NCBI RefSeq assembly: GCF_000143415.4
Contig: NW_003314328.1
Span: forward strand, 955,626 to 1,019,625
Origin: Selaginella moellendorffii
Lineage: Eukaryota; Plantae; Lycopodiophyta
Direction: 5' to 3'
Length of the DNA stretch: 64,000 nucleotides
In this document: one piece after another, positions 45,626 through 57,583 of the stretch
How the letters are laid out: every line of letters starts with the position of its first letter
Numbering within the stretch: the first letter of the stretch is position 1
Program-made: the position numbers and the translations under genes
Notes under the pieces: model-generated
What the model saw: only the letters and a program-made list of their open reading frames with translations
Databases searched by the model: none
What the model was told of the DNA's origin: nothing

Positions 45626-48505
45626 ATGCCAGAGCTCCGTAGAGGAGCACGCCAAGGCGGCAACAACAAGAGCAACAATGCTACTGACGGTGGCGGCGAC
45701 GCTGGCAGTCCTTCCGGCCGGAGGGCTTCCCTGAGGAAATCAGCTACGCCGCTCTCGGTTAGAACAAGGGCCGCCACTGCCAAGGCCGCGGCATTGGGCG
45801 TGAGGGATTTAAACTTGGATGAAAGGGAAGGCCAGGCAGCTTTAGGAGCTCCTACTACGCAAGCTAGAGCTTATAACAGGCGCAGGGCGAAAGAGAAAGT
45901 GGTCGAGGCGGCTCCTCCACCTCCTCCTGTGGTTGCAGCTCCTTCTCCAGACTTCAACGTAGAGCGCGGGGTGGAAGAAGAGTTGCGAGCTCCAATGGAT
46001 GAGGAAAGCGCTGGGAGGAGTGCTGCTGCTAGAGGTGGCGTTGCGGACGACGAGGTTCCAACAGCGCCACTGCCGGAGAATGTATGATTTTTTTCCATCG
46101 GATGTGGATGTAACTTTGCAATTTGGTTTCTCTTGTTCCAGATACAAGTTGGTGGTTCTCCGGTCTATAGGACGGATAGGAAGCTGGGGAAAGGAGGCTT
46201 TGGTCAAGTTTACGTGGGTCGGAAGTTGGGGCCTGGTGATCTAACCGGTCCAAATGCTGTAGAGGTCGGTGGCGTTTCCTCTTCTTTTTTTGCTTATGCT
46301 GATTGTGTTATAACGCTCGTTTGCGCAGGTTGCTCTCAAGTTCGAGCATAGGAGCAGCAAAGGTTGCAACTACGGGCCTCCTTACGAATGGCAGGTTTAC
46401 GAGTGAGTAGTTCTACCATGAGTCTTTTCTCTATAGTTTCTAAGTTTTGGTTGATAGCAACCTTGGAGGAAAACACGGGATACCAAAGGTGCACTTCAAA
46501 GGTCGCCAGGGTGATTACTTTATAATGGTCGGTGTTAGAGTTGCACTGTGTTACTTCTACTGAAAGTTTTAAGTGACTGTTCTAGGTAATGGACATGCTT
46601 GGGCCTAGCCTTTGGGACATTTGGAACTCCACCGGTCAAACGTAAACTGTGTTTTTCTTTCCCTTCAAGAATGTAACTCTTTTTTTTCCCGATTCCTTTT
46701 TGTTTCCAGCATGTCCAACAACATGGTGGCTTGCATTGCTGTCGAAGCAATAGCTATTCTGGAGAAAATGCACGAGCAGGGGTATGTGTGCAATGCACAA
46801 TGTTGCTTTCGCAGATTTAATGTTTCGATGCAGATATGTTCACGGAGATGTGAAACCGGAAAATTTTCTCCTTGGTAGACCGGGTTCTCCAGATGAAAAG
46901 AAACTCTACCTCGTGGATCTTGGCCTAGGTAAAATTTGTTACGTGAGATAGTTGTTTCTCATGTCTAATATGGTCATGATTCAGCTACAAAATGGCTTGA
47001 CGGTACTACGGGGTCTCACGTAGACTATGATCAGAGGCCTGATGTTTTCAGGTATCACTCTTGTGTATCTGTGGATCGGGCTAAGTTTTAGTTGTGTTTC
47101 AGGGGAACTGTTCGGTACGCAAGTGTCCATGCGCACCTGGGTAGAACCGGTAGTAGAAGGGACGATCTGGAATCTCTTGCCTACACGCTGATATTCTTAC
47201 TACGGGGTCGTCTTCCTTGGCAAGGTTACCAGGTTAGAGGCTTTGGTTTTAAAATTATTGCCTGCAGCTAAGGCTGCTTGGGTTGTGCAGGGTGATAACA
47301 AAGGCTTCTTGGTCTGCAAGAAGAAGATGGCAACATCACCAGAGTCATTATGTTGTTTCTGTCCGGCTCCCTTCAAGGAATTTCTTGAAGCCGTTGTCAG
47401 TATGAAGTTCAACGAGGAGCCGAACTATGCAAAGCTGATTTTGCTTTTTGACAGCATATTGGGCCTGCCTGCCCAACGGCCGATCAACACCGAATGTGCA
47501 ACGAAGGTAAGATAAGAAGAGAACGAGACAGCTGATGAGTTTGACATTATCTTTTACATTGTAGGTCGGTCATAAACGCGGAAGGCTGGCGGACTTTTCT
47601 GACGACGAGGATCGTGCCAAGAAGAAAGTTCGTCTGGGCATGCCAGCAATGCAGTGGATATCAGTCTACAATGCTCACAAGCCGATGAAGCAAAGATACC
47701 ACTACAACGTAGCCGACACACGCCTTGCACAGCATGTTGAAAAAGGCAACCAAGACGGGTTGTTCATCAGCAGCGTTGCCTCTTCGACGAACCTCTGGGC
47801 GCTGATAATGGACGCCGGAACTGGATTCGGTTCGCAAGTCTACGAGCTATCGCAAGTGTTTTTCCACAAGGTACTACTTTTGACGAAACAATTTTTCGAG
47901 GCTTCTCACATTTCTCTGCTGCCTGTCAAAGGAATGGATCATGGAGCAGTGGGAGAAGAACTACTACATCAGCGCAATCGCCGGTGCCAACAACGGTAGC
48001 TCGCTGGTGGTGATGTCCAAGGGAACGTCCTACACGCAGCAATCTTACAAGGTCAGCGACGCGTTTCCCTTCAAGTGGATCAACAAGAAGTGGAAGGAGG
48101 GATTCTACGTGACGTCCATGGCAACGGCAGGCAACCGCTGGGGCGTGGTGATGTCGAGAAACGCGGGGTTCACAGAGCAAGTGGTGGAGCTCGACTTTCT
48201 CTACCCGAGCGAAGGCATCCACTGGAGATGGGACCACGGGTTTCGTATAACATCCGCGGCCGCGACATGGGACCAGGCCGCATTCGTGTTGAGCGTTCCA
48301 AGGAAGAAACCATCGGATGAGACGCAAGAAACGCTGCGAACATCGGCTTTCCCGAGCAGCCACGTAAAGGTTGGTGTGGTGTGATTTTTTTTTTTGCTCA
48401 AAGCTTTGGTTTTGATCGCTTTGCGTGGTGATATTGTTTGCGCAGGATAAGTGGGCTAAGAATCTCTATATAGCAGCTGTTTGTTACGGACGAACAGTGT
48501 CATGA
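45626..48505 (+). CDS. MLK: Plant-specific casein kinase 1 (MUT9-like/HD16/PPK/AEL)
   Basis: [88 protein letters not shown]. Confidence 0.95.
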
Positions 48506-48621
48506 GCCATGTAATATCAAGGAGACAAAAACAAATAATTTGGGTCTATGGCTGCTTGATGAGGCCCTTGGAGAAGGACTTAAATAGTTCTCTCTCTTAA
48601 GTCTTTTAACTTTGGAAGAAA

Positions 48622-50419
48622 TCACTGGACGCGAGTTTTGCGAGGTTTTATCACCGTCCCGATGGCTGTCAAAGCGATTGGAAGAAGCGTTCCAGCGAAA
48701 TAGACGCTTTTGTACGCAGTGAATGTGTCCCTCGCGTCTAAAACCTGTTTAAAACGAAGAAAAGGACTTTGCTAAGAAAGCGAAGGCTTGATGAAACATA
48801 CGTACCAGGAATCCAATGCAGGCATAGTTGAGAACCAGTAACGTGTAAGCGAAGTTTAGAAACCACGCTAGAGGCCGGAGGAAAGAGAGGTGGTCGGGTA
48901 TGGCCTTTTTCCATCTATATAGCGCTGCAGAGAAAGGTTTTTAAGAATTCTCATGACGAGAACACGAGAAAGAATGGATTACTTCTCGAGCCAGAGATGA
49001 GAATAGCGGTATGGACGAAGAACATGATATACCCGGCATAGAGACCCTGGAGGAAAGCAAAAAGGATGAAACAAAGAATCGATGAATGAAATCACTCTAC
49101 TTACATGCCACACAGCGCTGACAACTTGAGTTGCTAGCAGCTGCTGAAAGCCAGCCTTCTTCCCCGGTGGTACCAGCCTCTCGTAAACATCTAGCAGAGC
49201 TCACAGATTAGAACAAGCGCGAGCCAAGCGAGGGGAAAGGAAACCAAGTGTACAATGTCTTAACCAGGTGCTGATGTGAATGTTCCACTTGGACGGGACC
49301 TCGGCGGCGCTGCCTGCGAGCTCCACTCCCGGGATATCTACGTTGAGAGCTTGATCCCAACGCGGCTTGGGGGGCTGGGAGCGGGACCAGCCGCTAAAGC
49401 CCAGGCCGGAGATGATGAGCGAGGCCTCCGAGATGGACCATATGAAGTAGTACTTCCATCTCGCGGAGAAGCCACACAGCCACATGTAGAACCAGCGCGC
49501 CCAGAATTTCCACTGCATGAACTCCGGCTCGAGGATTCGCGTGAAGCGGACGCGAGGGATGAGCAGCATGTACATGCCCATGCAAAAGAGGGCCTTGAGT
49601 AGAACTCGGAGAGTGTCGCGGTATGGCGATGGTGCGTTTCCTTCGGAAAACTTCCATAGCTGGAAAGAAGAAATGGTTAGAGGGAGAACTTAAGAGGAAG
49701 GAAAGCTCTCACTCACCCCTTGTTCTTCGCTCCAGTCGATGTAGTCTTTCATCTCATAGACCGGCCCAGCCAAGTGTGTTCCACAGCAAAAGCAGTAGCC
49801 GAGATACTCGAGCACTGAGGGACGTCGCACGAGCCGGTTGCGCTTTTGTGTTCTTCGCAGCTTCTCCTCCTCGAGAAGCCCATCCTGGTAGCACATTGCG
49901 CAGGAGACGAGCTTGAGCGTGAGCACCATCAAAGCTCCTGGAGAATTCACAGCACAAAGAGAGGAGAAAACAAATTCGATCGAGTGATATGCCAGGATAT
50001 AGCAAAACTTGGCTTACCAGTCGAATCGATGCCTCCCTCCTTCCACGCATCGCCACTCATGTAGTAGACGTGGCTGCGCCAGGAAAGATGAGCTACACGA
50101 AATACGAGAGAATTTCTTACCAGGAAATAAGGAATGCGAAATCCAGGACGAAGCTCACGATCCCACAGCTCGGGCGATGGATTACCATGCTAGCGTACGT
50201 GACGACGACGGGGAAAACGAAGAGCGCATTGGCGCCGGGGCCGAATGCCAGATGCGAGACGAGCATCCCTGTGATCGCCGAGTAGAGATGCCGCGCCGTA
50301 GGGTTGGGCATGAGGCGCCATAGCCAGCCGATTGGAATCGTGGAGAAGAAGAAGACGAGAAATCTGAGCACCGGCACCGAGATTCCGAGCGCCACAGCGA
50401 CATCGCTCATGCCCGCCAT
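48622..50419 (-). CDS. LPCAT: Lysophospholipid acyltransferase (MBOAT, LPCAT/LPLAT)
   Basis: GISVPVLRFL, WKEGGIDST|GALMVLTLK, CCGTHLAGP, RWKYYFIWSISE, WNIHISTWLRH, VSAVWH|GLYAGY. Confidence 0.93.
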
Positions 50420-50690
50420 AGCCAGCCCCGCCGCGCGGCTATTCCATTTGAGCTAAGCCCTACTCCAGGAATCAAAGCGTCCACCTAGGCGCTGACGTGT
50501 TCACATAATCAGCTAAATGCTGGCGCGTCAAAAAAAGATTGGCCAACGTGGCACTGACGTGTCCAGAGCTTATTTTTTGGTTCCATTTTATCTTCGTCTT
50601 TATCTCGCTTCTCTCGGCTCGCGATCTCTGCAAACTATCGAGCGATGGGTTCCAGAGATTCTTCTTGATGGATCGATCATCCCTTTTGCT

Positions 50691-51578
50691 TCACTTGGCT
50701 ATTTCTTTGCTTCCCAGCGGCGCGTAGTCCCAGTTGAGAGCCCGGATCTCTGCGTCGATCTTTTCTTTGATGTCTGGGTGCTCGGCCAGTACCTCGTCGA
50801 CTGTGATCGTCGGTAACCTCTCCTGGAAAAGAGAAGAATGGATTGGAATCCTCGAAACGAGAGTGAAAACAACGCACCTTGAACTTTCTGATCTTCTCCT
50901 CTTCTTCCTCCAGCTTTGCTCTCGCGGCAGCAAACTCTTCGTCAGCTTTGATAGCCTTCTGTTCCTGCGAGCGATCGAGCCATGAACTTCTAAAAGAACT
51001 TGAGAAGTTGAGAACTTACAAGGTCGGCAAACATCTTGATGGCCTCCTCTCGATCTTCGTCCACATACTTTGGAACTTCTATGCCTGAAGAAGAAAGATC
51101 AAAAACAAGTGAGTAGCTTGAATGCCAAAGGAAAAGAAAAAATCTACTTTTCTGTCCCTCAAACGAGAAAGAAATAAAAATTCTCCTTACTCTCGTAAGT
51201 CTTCTGGTAAAGATCCACAACTTCAGCAGGCAAGACCTTCCTGTGAGCCTCCCAGTCGATTACATGCTTCTCCTGCCGAGAGAGAGCGCAAGAAAAGAAA
51301 GAAAATCTGTCAAAAGCTCTGGCAAAATCCAAATCCTCTCTTGCAATCCCTCAATCTACAATGTACAAGGAGCATACCTTGATAAACAATGCGTCCATGC
51401 GATGCGCCGTCTCCGTGATGTGATGCTTGAGCTTCAGAAGCTCAGTCTTCACATCTGGCGAGAAGCTCCAGTAATCGATCCAGTGGTCCATCTCCTTCCA
51501 GTCCAGGCCGCCCGCCGCCGATCTCCCCGCCAGCGCCCGTAGCGCCCGTGATGCCCTGAAGGCGCCCACAAGCGCCAT
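50691..51578 (-). CDS. ATPQ: Mitochondrial ATP synthase subunit d
   Basis: LDWKEM, VIDWEAHRK..VVDLYQKTYE|SIEVPKYVD, TITVDEVLAEHPDIKEKIDAEIRALNW. Confidence 0.85.
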
Positions 51579-51643
51579 AGCCAGCAAGAAACCCAAAGAG
51601 AGAATTTTGTTTTTAGGGTTCTTGAGCTAGGTCATTGGCGGCA

Positions 51644-52741
51644 ATGGCGTCGGTAAGTGATCCAGCCGCGATGATTCTACTCTCGATCGATCACACTTCT
51701 TGCTTGCAGGCTAGCGGTGTCGACAATACGTCTCGGCGCAAATGGGATCGCCAGGAATTTCTTGAGCGCGCTCGCAAGCGCGTAAGTTTCATAGAGAGCT
51801 CCTCTTTCTCTTAATACTGGGTGTTTTAAGGATGGTTTTCGCAGGAGGTGGATCAGCAGGCTCGCCGAAACAGCTGTGAGTAAATTGTTTGGTCGATCGA
51901 TCGTTCTAAACTTTCTTTCTCCAGCGAGAGATGATTCACCTCCTGGTGAGAAGAAGCCTTTGAAGCACCGGGATTTTGAAGTGGACCTTACTGCTCGTCT
52001 GGGAAAAACTCAAGTAAGCCAAAACATTTTTTCTCGTCCTGTCACCTTTCCACTCTTTTCGTTTTCTCGCAGGTGATTACTCAAGTCGCTCCCTTGGATC
52101 AACAGGTAGATTTTTGCAAATTCTTAGTGATTTTCATGGCACTCGTTGGCAGGCAGGCTACTTTTGCAGTGTTTGCAACTGCATTGTCAAGGACTCCGCA
52201 AACTACTTGGATCACATAAACGGGAAGAAACGTAAGCTAGTCTTCAAAGTCTCGGTTTTGCGTGACGATAGCTTACGTTGTTCTCTGAAGATCAAAAGGC
52301 TCTGGGAATGTCTATGCGTGTTGAGCGGTCCACTTTAGAACAGGTGAGTAGAGGATTCATTCAGAGATCTTTTCGTGCAAACCCAACGCTATCACCAGGT
52401 CCAAACTCGCTTCGAAACTGTCAAGAGGAAAAAAGCCGAGGGAGGACTGACGGACGAAGGCACGTATGAAATGTCTATCCGTTGTTACCTTTCAAGGCTT
52501 TTTTCTTTGTGCCAGAGTTCGAGATGCGAATGCTAAAACAGCAACGGGAAGAAGAGGAGCGCAAGAGGCAACGAAAAGAAAGGAAAAAAGAGAAGAAGGT
52601 TTGTGTCCAAGTGCTTTGTTTTCCTGCTCCACTTAGCTTTGCTAGCAGAGGGAGAAAGCTTTGGAGGACGCAGGAGGAGAGGTAGACGATCCTGAGGTTG
52701 CTCAAGCAATGGGCTTCGGTGGCTTTGGCATGAAGAAGTGA
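51644..52741 (+). CDS. ZMAT2: Zinc finger matrin-type protein 2 (Snu23)
   Basis: [51 protein letters not shown]|[27 protein letters not shown]. Confidence 0.93.
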
Positions 52742-52949
52742 ATGGAAACACCGACGTTGAATGGCAATCCTGACAGTAGTTGCATGCTTGCTGTTTCTGT
52801 TTTTTGATTTCTTGAACTTCAGAGACATAGTTGGCAGATCAACTATAACACTTGAACAACATATTGATTGAGATAATCATGCGAAAAGGACTACTAAGCA
52901 GACTAGCGCTACCTCGTTGCCCAGACGCACTTGGATAAGAAGAAGGAGA

Positions 52950-55650
52950 AGTCCTTTTGTTTTTACAAAATACAAATTAGTAATAGAATTATTGCTCACT
53001 TTCCATTTGGTTAAATTATTGTTTATACTTCAATTTTTAGCAAAACTTTATAGCTAACCAAATTTTGACTTCGCCAAGAGCTTTAATGCCTAAAGAATAT
53101 TGATTTTACTCATGAACTCTTATATTTCTTTAAAGAAGCAATAATAATATGTATACATTATAATGTTGAAAAGTTTAGCCTTTACATAGATTTAACTAGC
53201 AAAACAAATATGGTTTAAATAACTTTTAAAAAATTAACATTGTATGGATATTAATTAGCCCAAACCCTTAAATTAAAATTCTCTCTTAACCTTTCGGGTC
53301 TTTCATTAGTTTTTTCCTAAAGTTTTCAAACTCCACACTTTGTTTCTATTTCTTTTTCCATTTTCCTTTTTCATTTCTCTTTATAATCATACTTTTCATC
53401 ATCTATCCTTTGTCCTTTATTTACTTACAAGATTTCACCTTTTATTTCTAGCTTGCAAACCATAGGTTCTTGCCACGTCAGAGCTTGGGCATCCTCCCAT
53501 GGTCATTTGTTGGAGCATGGGTATGATTTTCGGGATATATTTTGAGATTAATCCATGTGTTTATATTGGATGATATAACATATTTTCCAATGAGAGGTAG
53601 TGTTTTTAATGGGATTTTGAGTGTGTGGCGGTTGCATATAGATTCATTTTGCTATTTTTGCTTTCCTTTGTTTTGCTTTCAATCAGTTGATCAAGTCTTT
53701 TTCTTCTGTTGTTTGTTTGTGCTTTTCTGTTTATTTATTTATTTATTTTATTCTTGGTTTCCAGTGAGTGCAAGAGCCTTGTGTTTGCATTGCAAGAACA
53801 TTATGAGCATGGTAAATGAGCTCACAGGTACAAATTTATCTAATGTCTCTTTATTTTCTTTGCGCTTGCTCTCACAACATTTATACATGTGTTTTAGAGA
53901 TGGAACTTGCCAAGCTTGTGGTCATAAGTGCAAGCGCTTTGCAAGGCTTTTCAGTGACAACATGATGTAGATGCACCTTCATGAGACCTTGACGTTGGTA
54001 CGTTTTGTGATTTCATATATCCATCCATATTCCAAGTTCCTTTTGTTTAAAGCGTGGGCGTTGCAAGGTTTGGATGGCAAAAGCACAGAGTGAATATGCC
54101 GGAATAGTGGTACATTATAGTTTGTTTGCTCTTGGTTCTTTGCAAGATAGACAATGAGGCTACTATGGGGAGGGCAAGGAATGAAGATTTACAATTGCAT
54201 TCTGTATAAGCTCAAAAGCAACATGCATCACAACACTTGATCTTGGGCTTGAAGGTGGATTGAATTAAGATTTGATCCAAAGGAGGGGTGAGGAATGCCC
54301 AAATTAGAATTTCTTGGAGGACACAAGGAGTGGCAAGACTATGACATTAATCAAGCCTCCAAATAAATGACCAACACTCCACATTCTTGGTACATGCATG
54401 TGTGGGCCTTTCCCACTGCTATAGCTGACGAAGATGAGGAAGTTGGGGAGTAGCATCCACCAACTACAGTGGCTGAGCCTTTGCAGCTGCTCATGGTGGT
54501 GCCATCTCAGGATGTGGAGGCAATTGCAAATGAGACAGCTGTTGTGGAGAGGGAGCACACATCAGAAGCAGTTGATCCAGTTGATAGTGCAGCTCAGGTC
54601 AAGGATACTTCAGCACCATGTGAGGTTGTCAAGACCCTAGCACCGGGCAAACTTGTTGAGAGCTAGGACACCAATGGTGGTGGAACTAACATGCATGGAA
54701 TGAGTAGATTGTCCTCCTAACAAAAAATCAAGTTTCATAATTTTAAATGATCATATCTCAAATGATAATGGACAATTGAGACCTGGGGCTGGTTTTTATT
54801 CTACATAGCCTCCAGCTTTGCTGAAGATGCCCAAGCAGAGTGTGTTCAATGCCCGCACATACATGGATATAAATATAGAAGTACTGTCCGAACATTTTCC
54901 CTTCATACAATTGAATCGGAACCATATGACGTGGTTCCAAAAGTTTAGGGTGTTAAGCTATAGATTATAAAAAACCATATGTGGAGCGAAATGTCATTGC
55001 ATGTTCCCCCTTATGCAGTCTTGCATGGAATCCAAAAACATGAGCAATTATTTCGTCCACCTCATATACCTTTTCATCCATAGTTCCAAACCGATCATAT
55101 TCAACCAAATAATATTGAACTAAGAATAAAAAATGTTACAAACGATTGTGGTTATCATTGGGCATTTGAAAATAATTTTCTTTATCCAAGTCCATGTTTA
55201 ACATCTCCAAGATCAAAAGACTAGAATGAACATCAAAACATTATTTTAACCATTATTAGTTTTGTATTCTAATTTTATAAACAAACCTAATTATACGGGT
55301 TGCATATGCTCACTTGAACTCGAGCAAGTTTTTGGTTTGGGAATGCATGGACTGTGAACAACTTCATGCTGCCTTCCTTTCCCAAGAGAACAACCAACCT
55401 CTTTGGGAAATCTAGAATGGACTAAGAGGTCTAGCCTCTTCAACCTTGGTTTTAAGGACGTTCAACCAGGCATCCACTTGTGAGGAGCTCAGAGAGCCCT
55501 CAGCAGCAGAATATGGGTTCAATTCACCCAGCAGACCTCATACTTCGGTCTCCAACTCGCTGCACTTCAATGGCAGATTTGGAAAGCCCAAGGACTAGCA
55601 CACTCAACACACCCGTGGGATCGACATTGACTGCAAGCTCTGTAATTTGA
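52950..55650. other. AT-rich non-genic island with decayed ORF-like fragments (probable TE remnant or pseudogene)
   Basis: Abrupt composition shift; 2.7 kb without recognisable genes in an otherwise compact region; short broken ORFs. Confidence 0.35.
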
Positions 55651-55995
55651 TCAACACAAGCATATAGCCTCCTCTACGTACTTCAGATAGAGATGAGAGA
55701 TCGCTACGCCATATTTACATGCAAATGAGGTAAGACGTTTGCGACGCTCGTAGAAAAAGTCACGTTGTAAATTGGTCGCAAACATTAGAACACGCCACAA
55801 GCGCGCCCAGCCTGCAAACAAACAGTAGAAGTTAGAGAGAGAAAAGGGAAAACAAAAGTACGAAGCATATGCCGCATTTGCCGGCCCCATCTACATGAGT
55901 CAACTTCCAAAGAAAACCAAGAGTTTCTTGTTTTGCGAAAAACTATCGAGAGGAGGCGAGGAGACGCTTAGATTTCGGTGCTGCGGCAGCGAGAT

Positions 55996-57507
55996 ATGGA
56001 GCAAGGTACTTTAGCTGCTGCTTTGCTGATTTCCTGTGTTGGTTTCTTCGCCTGGTTCTATCTGAAAAATCGACATGGGAATGGTGAGACTGTTCCCAGA
56101 ATGTACCCACTTCTGGGAACAATGCCTGAGTTGCTTAAAAACAAGGACAGGATTCTCGAATGGACTACTGAGTACCTTGCCAAGTCTCCCGGACACACCA
56201 TCACGTTGAAGCGATGGGGGGCGAAGCCTTTCAAGCTCACGTCCAACGCTCAGAACGTAGAGTACATCCTCAAGACCAATTTCGACAACTATCCAAAGGG
56301 AGAGTATGTGTGCGACACGCTGAGAGATCTTCTTGGAGATGGCATCTTCAACGCTGACGCTGGCCTGTGGAAGCTGCAGAGAAAACTTGCGAGTTACGAG
56401 TTTCCTACCAGGTCTCTACACGACTACCTCATGGATTCTGTGGCCGAGAAGATTGAAAAGAGGCTGCTTCCAACGATTGCAAGCATTTGTGGCCAACGAG
56501 TCGACTTGCAAGACGTGTTCATGCGGTTCGCCTTTGACAGCATTTGCAAGCTCGCATTCGGAGTCGATCCTATGTCCTTGGATCCGTCGTTTCCCACGAT
56601 TGCGTTTGCTCGAGCATTCGACGAGTCCACGAGGCTGAGTACTGAAAGGTTTTACCAGGTCCATCCCTTGCTCTGGAAGATCAAGAGGTACTTCAACCTT
56701 GGTTCCGAGAAGCACCTGAAAGAATATCTGGCAATCGTCAATGAGTTTGCTGCTATGGTGATAAACAACAGGAGAAAAAAAACAGGAGCTCGAGAGAACC
56801 AGGACTTACTTTCTCGGTTCATGGCTCTCGAAATGGAGGACACGGGAAGTTCGTACTCCGACAAATTCCTACGAGATATTATCATCAGCTTTGTTCTGGC
56901 AGGCAAGGACACAACTTCTGTCACATTGTCGTGGTTCTTCTGGCTCCTGTCAAAGCATCCCAAAGTAGAGAACAAAATCATCCAGGAGATAGTCGACGTT
57001 GCTGAAAGAAATCACGAACCTGGTCGAAGGATGAAACACTTCTCCTACAGCGAGCTCCGAGAGATGAACTATCTCCAGGCAGCGTTATCGGAATCCTTAA
57101 GGCTCTATCCAGCAGTTCCGTTCGACAGCAAAGGTGCCAAAGGCCCCGACGTACTACCAGATGGGAGCAGGATAGAGAAAGGAACGAGGGTCACGTACCA
57201 GATCTATGCAATGGGACGAATGGAGAGCCTATGGGGGAAGGATTGTCTAGAGTTCAAGCCAGAAAGGTGGCTAAGCAGCACTGGAAGTTTTGTGAACGAG
57301 AGTCCGTATAAGTTCACAGCATTTCAGGCAGGGCCAAGAATATGTATCGGAAAGGAAATGGCTATGCTGCAAATGAAGTCTCTGGTAGCTGCTATGTTGC
57401 CAAAGTTCAAGTTCGAGATGGCATCCGACACAGAGCCCCGGTACAGTATCAACATGACACTCGCCATCAAGAATGGATTGCCAGTGATTCCGAGAGCTCG
57501 AGAGTAA
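55996..57507 (+). CDS. CYP94: Cytochrome P450, CYP86 clan (CYP94-like fatty-acid hydroxylase), intronless
   Basis: NVEYILKTNFDNYPKG, LLGDGIFNADA, AGKDTTS, ESLR, PERW, heme loop FQAGPRICIGKEMA. Confidence 0.93.
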   Translation: MEQGTLAAALLISCVGFFAWFYLKNRHGNGETVPRMYPLLGTMPELLKNKDRILEWTTEYLAKSPGHTITLKRWGAKPFKLTSNAQNVEYILKTNFDNYPKGEYVCDTLRDLLGDGIFNADAGLWKLQRKLASYEFPTRSLHDYLMDSVAEKIEKRLLPTIASICGQRVDLQDVFMRFAFDSICKLAFGVDPMSLDPSFPTIAFARAFDESTRLSTERFYQVHPLLWKIKRYFNLGSEKHLKEYLAIVNEFAAMVINNRRKKTGARENQDLLSRFMALEMEDTGSSYSDKFLRDIIISFVLAGKDTTSVTLSWFFWLLSKHPKVENKIIQEIVDVAERNHEPGRRMKHFSYSELREMNYLQAALSESLRLYPAVPFDSKGAKGPDVLPDGSRIEKGTRVTYQIYAMGRMESLWGKDCLEFKPERWLSSTGSFVNESPYKFTAFQAGPRICIGKEMAMLQMKSLVAAMLPKFKFEMASDTEPRYSINMTLAIKNGLPVIPRARE

Positions 57508-57583
57508 GGTTAAAAAAAAAGAAAAAGAAGCAATGTCAGGACGGAAATGTAACAGTTGCTTACATTTGTTGACGAATAAAGTT

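Noticed and set aside
52902-52935. Minus-strand CTAG-T with GCAACG motif as a Helitron 3' end
   Set aside because: The hairpin is too weak (about 3 bp stem) and there is no convincing 5' end.
1-57507. JOX-like dioxygenase plus CYP94 as a jasmonate-catabolism cluster
   Set aside because: They are about 55 kb apart with many unrelated genes between, and the substrate assignments are unproven.
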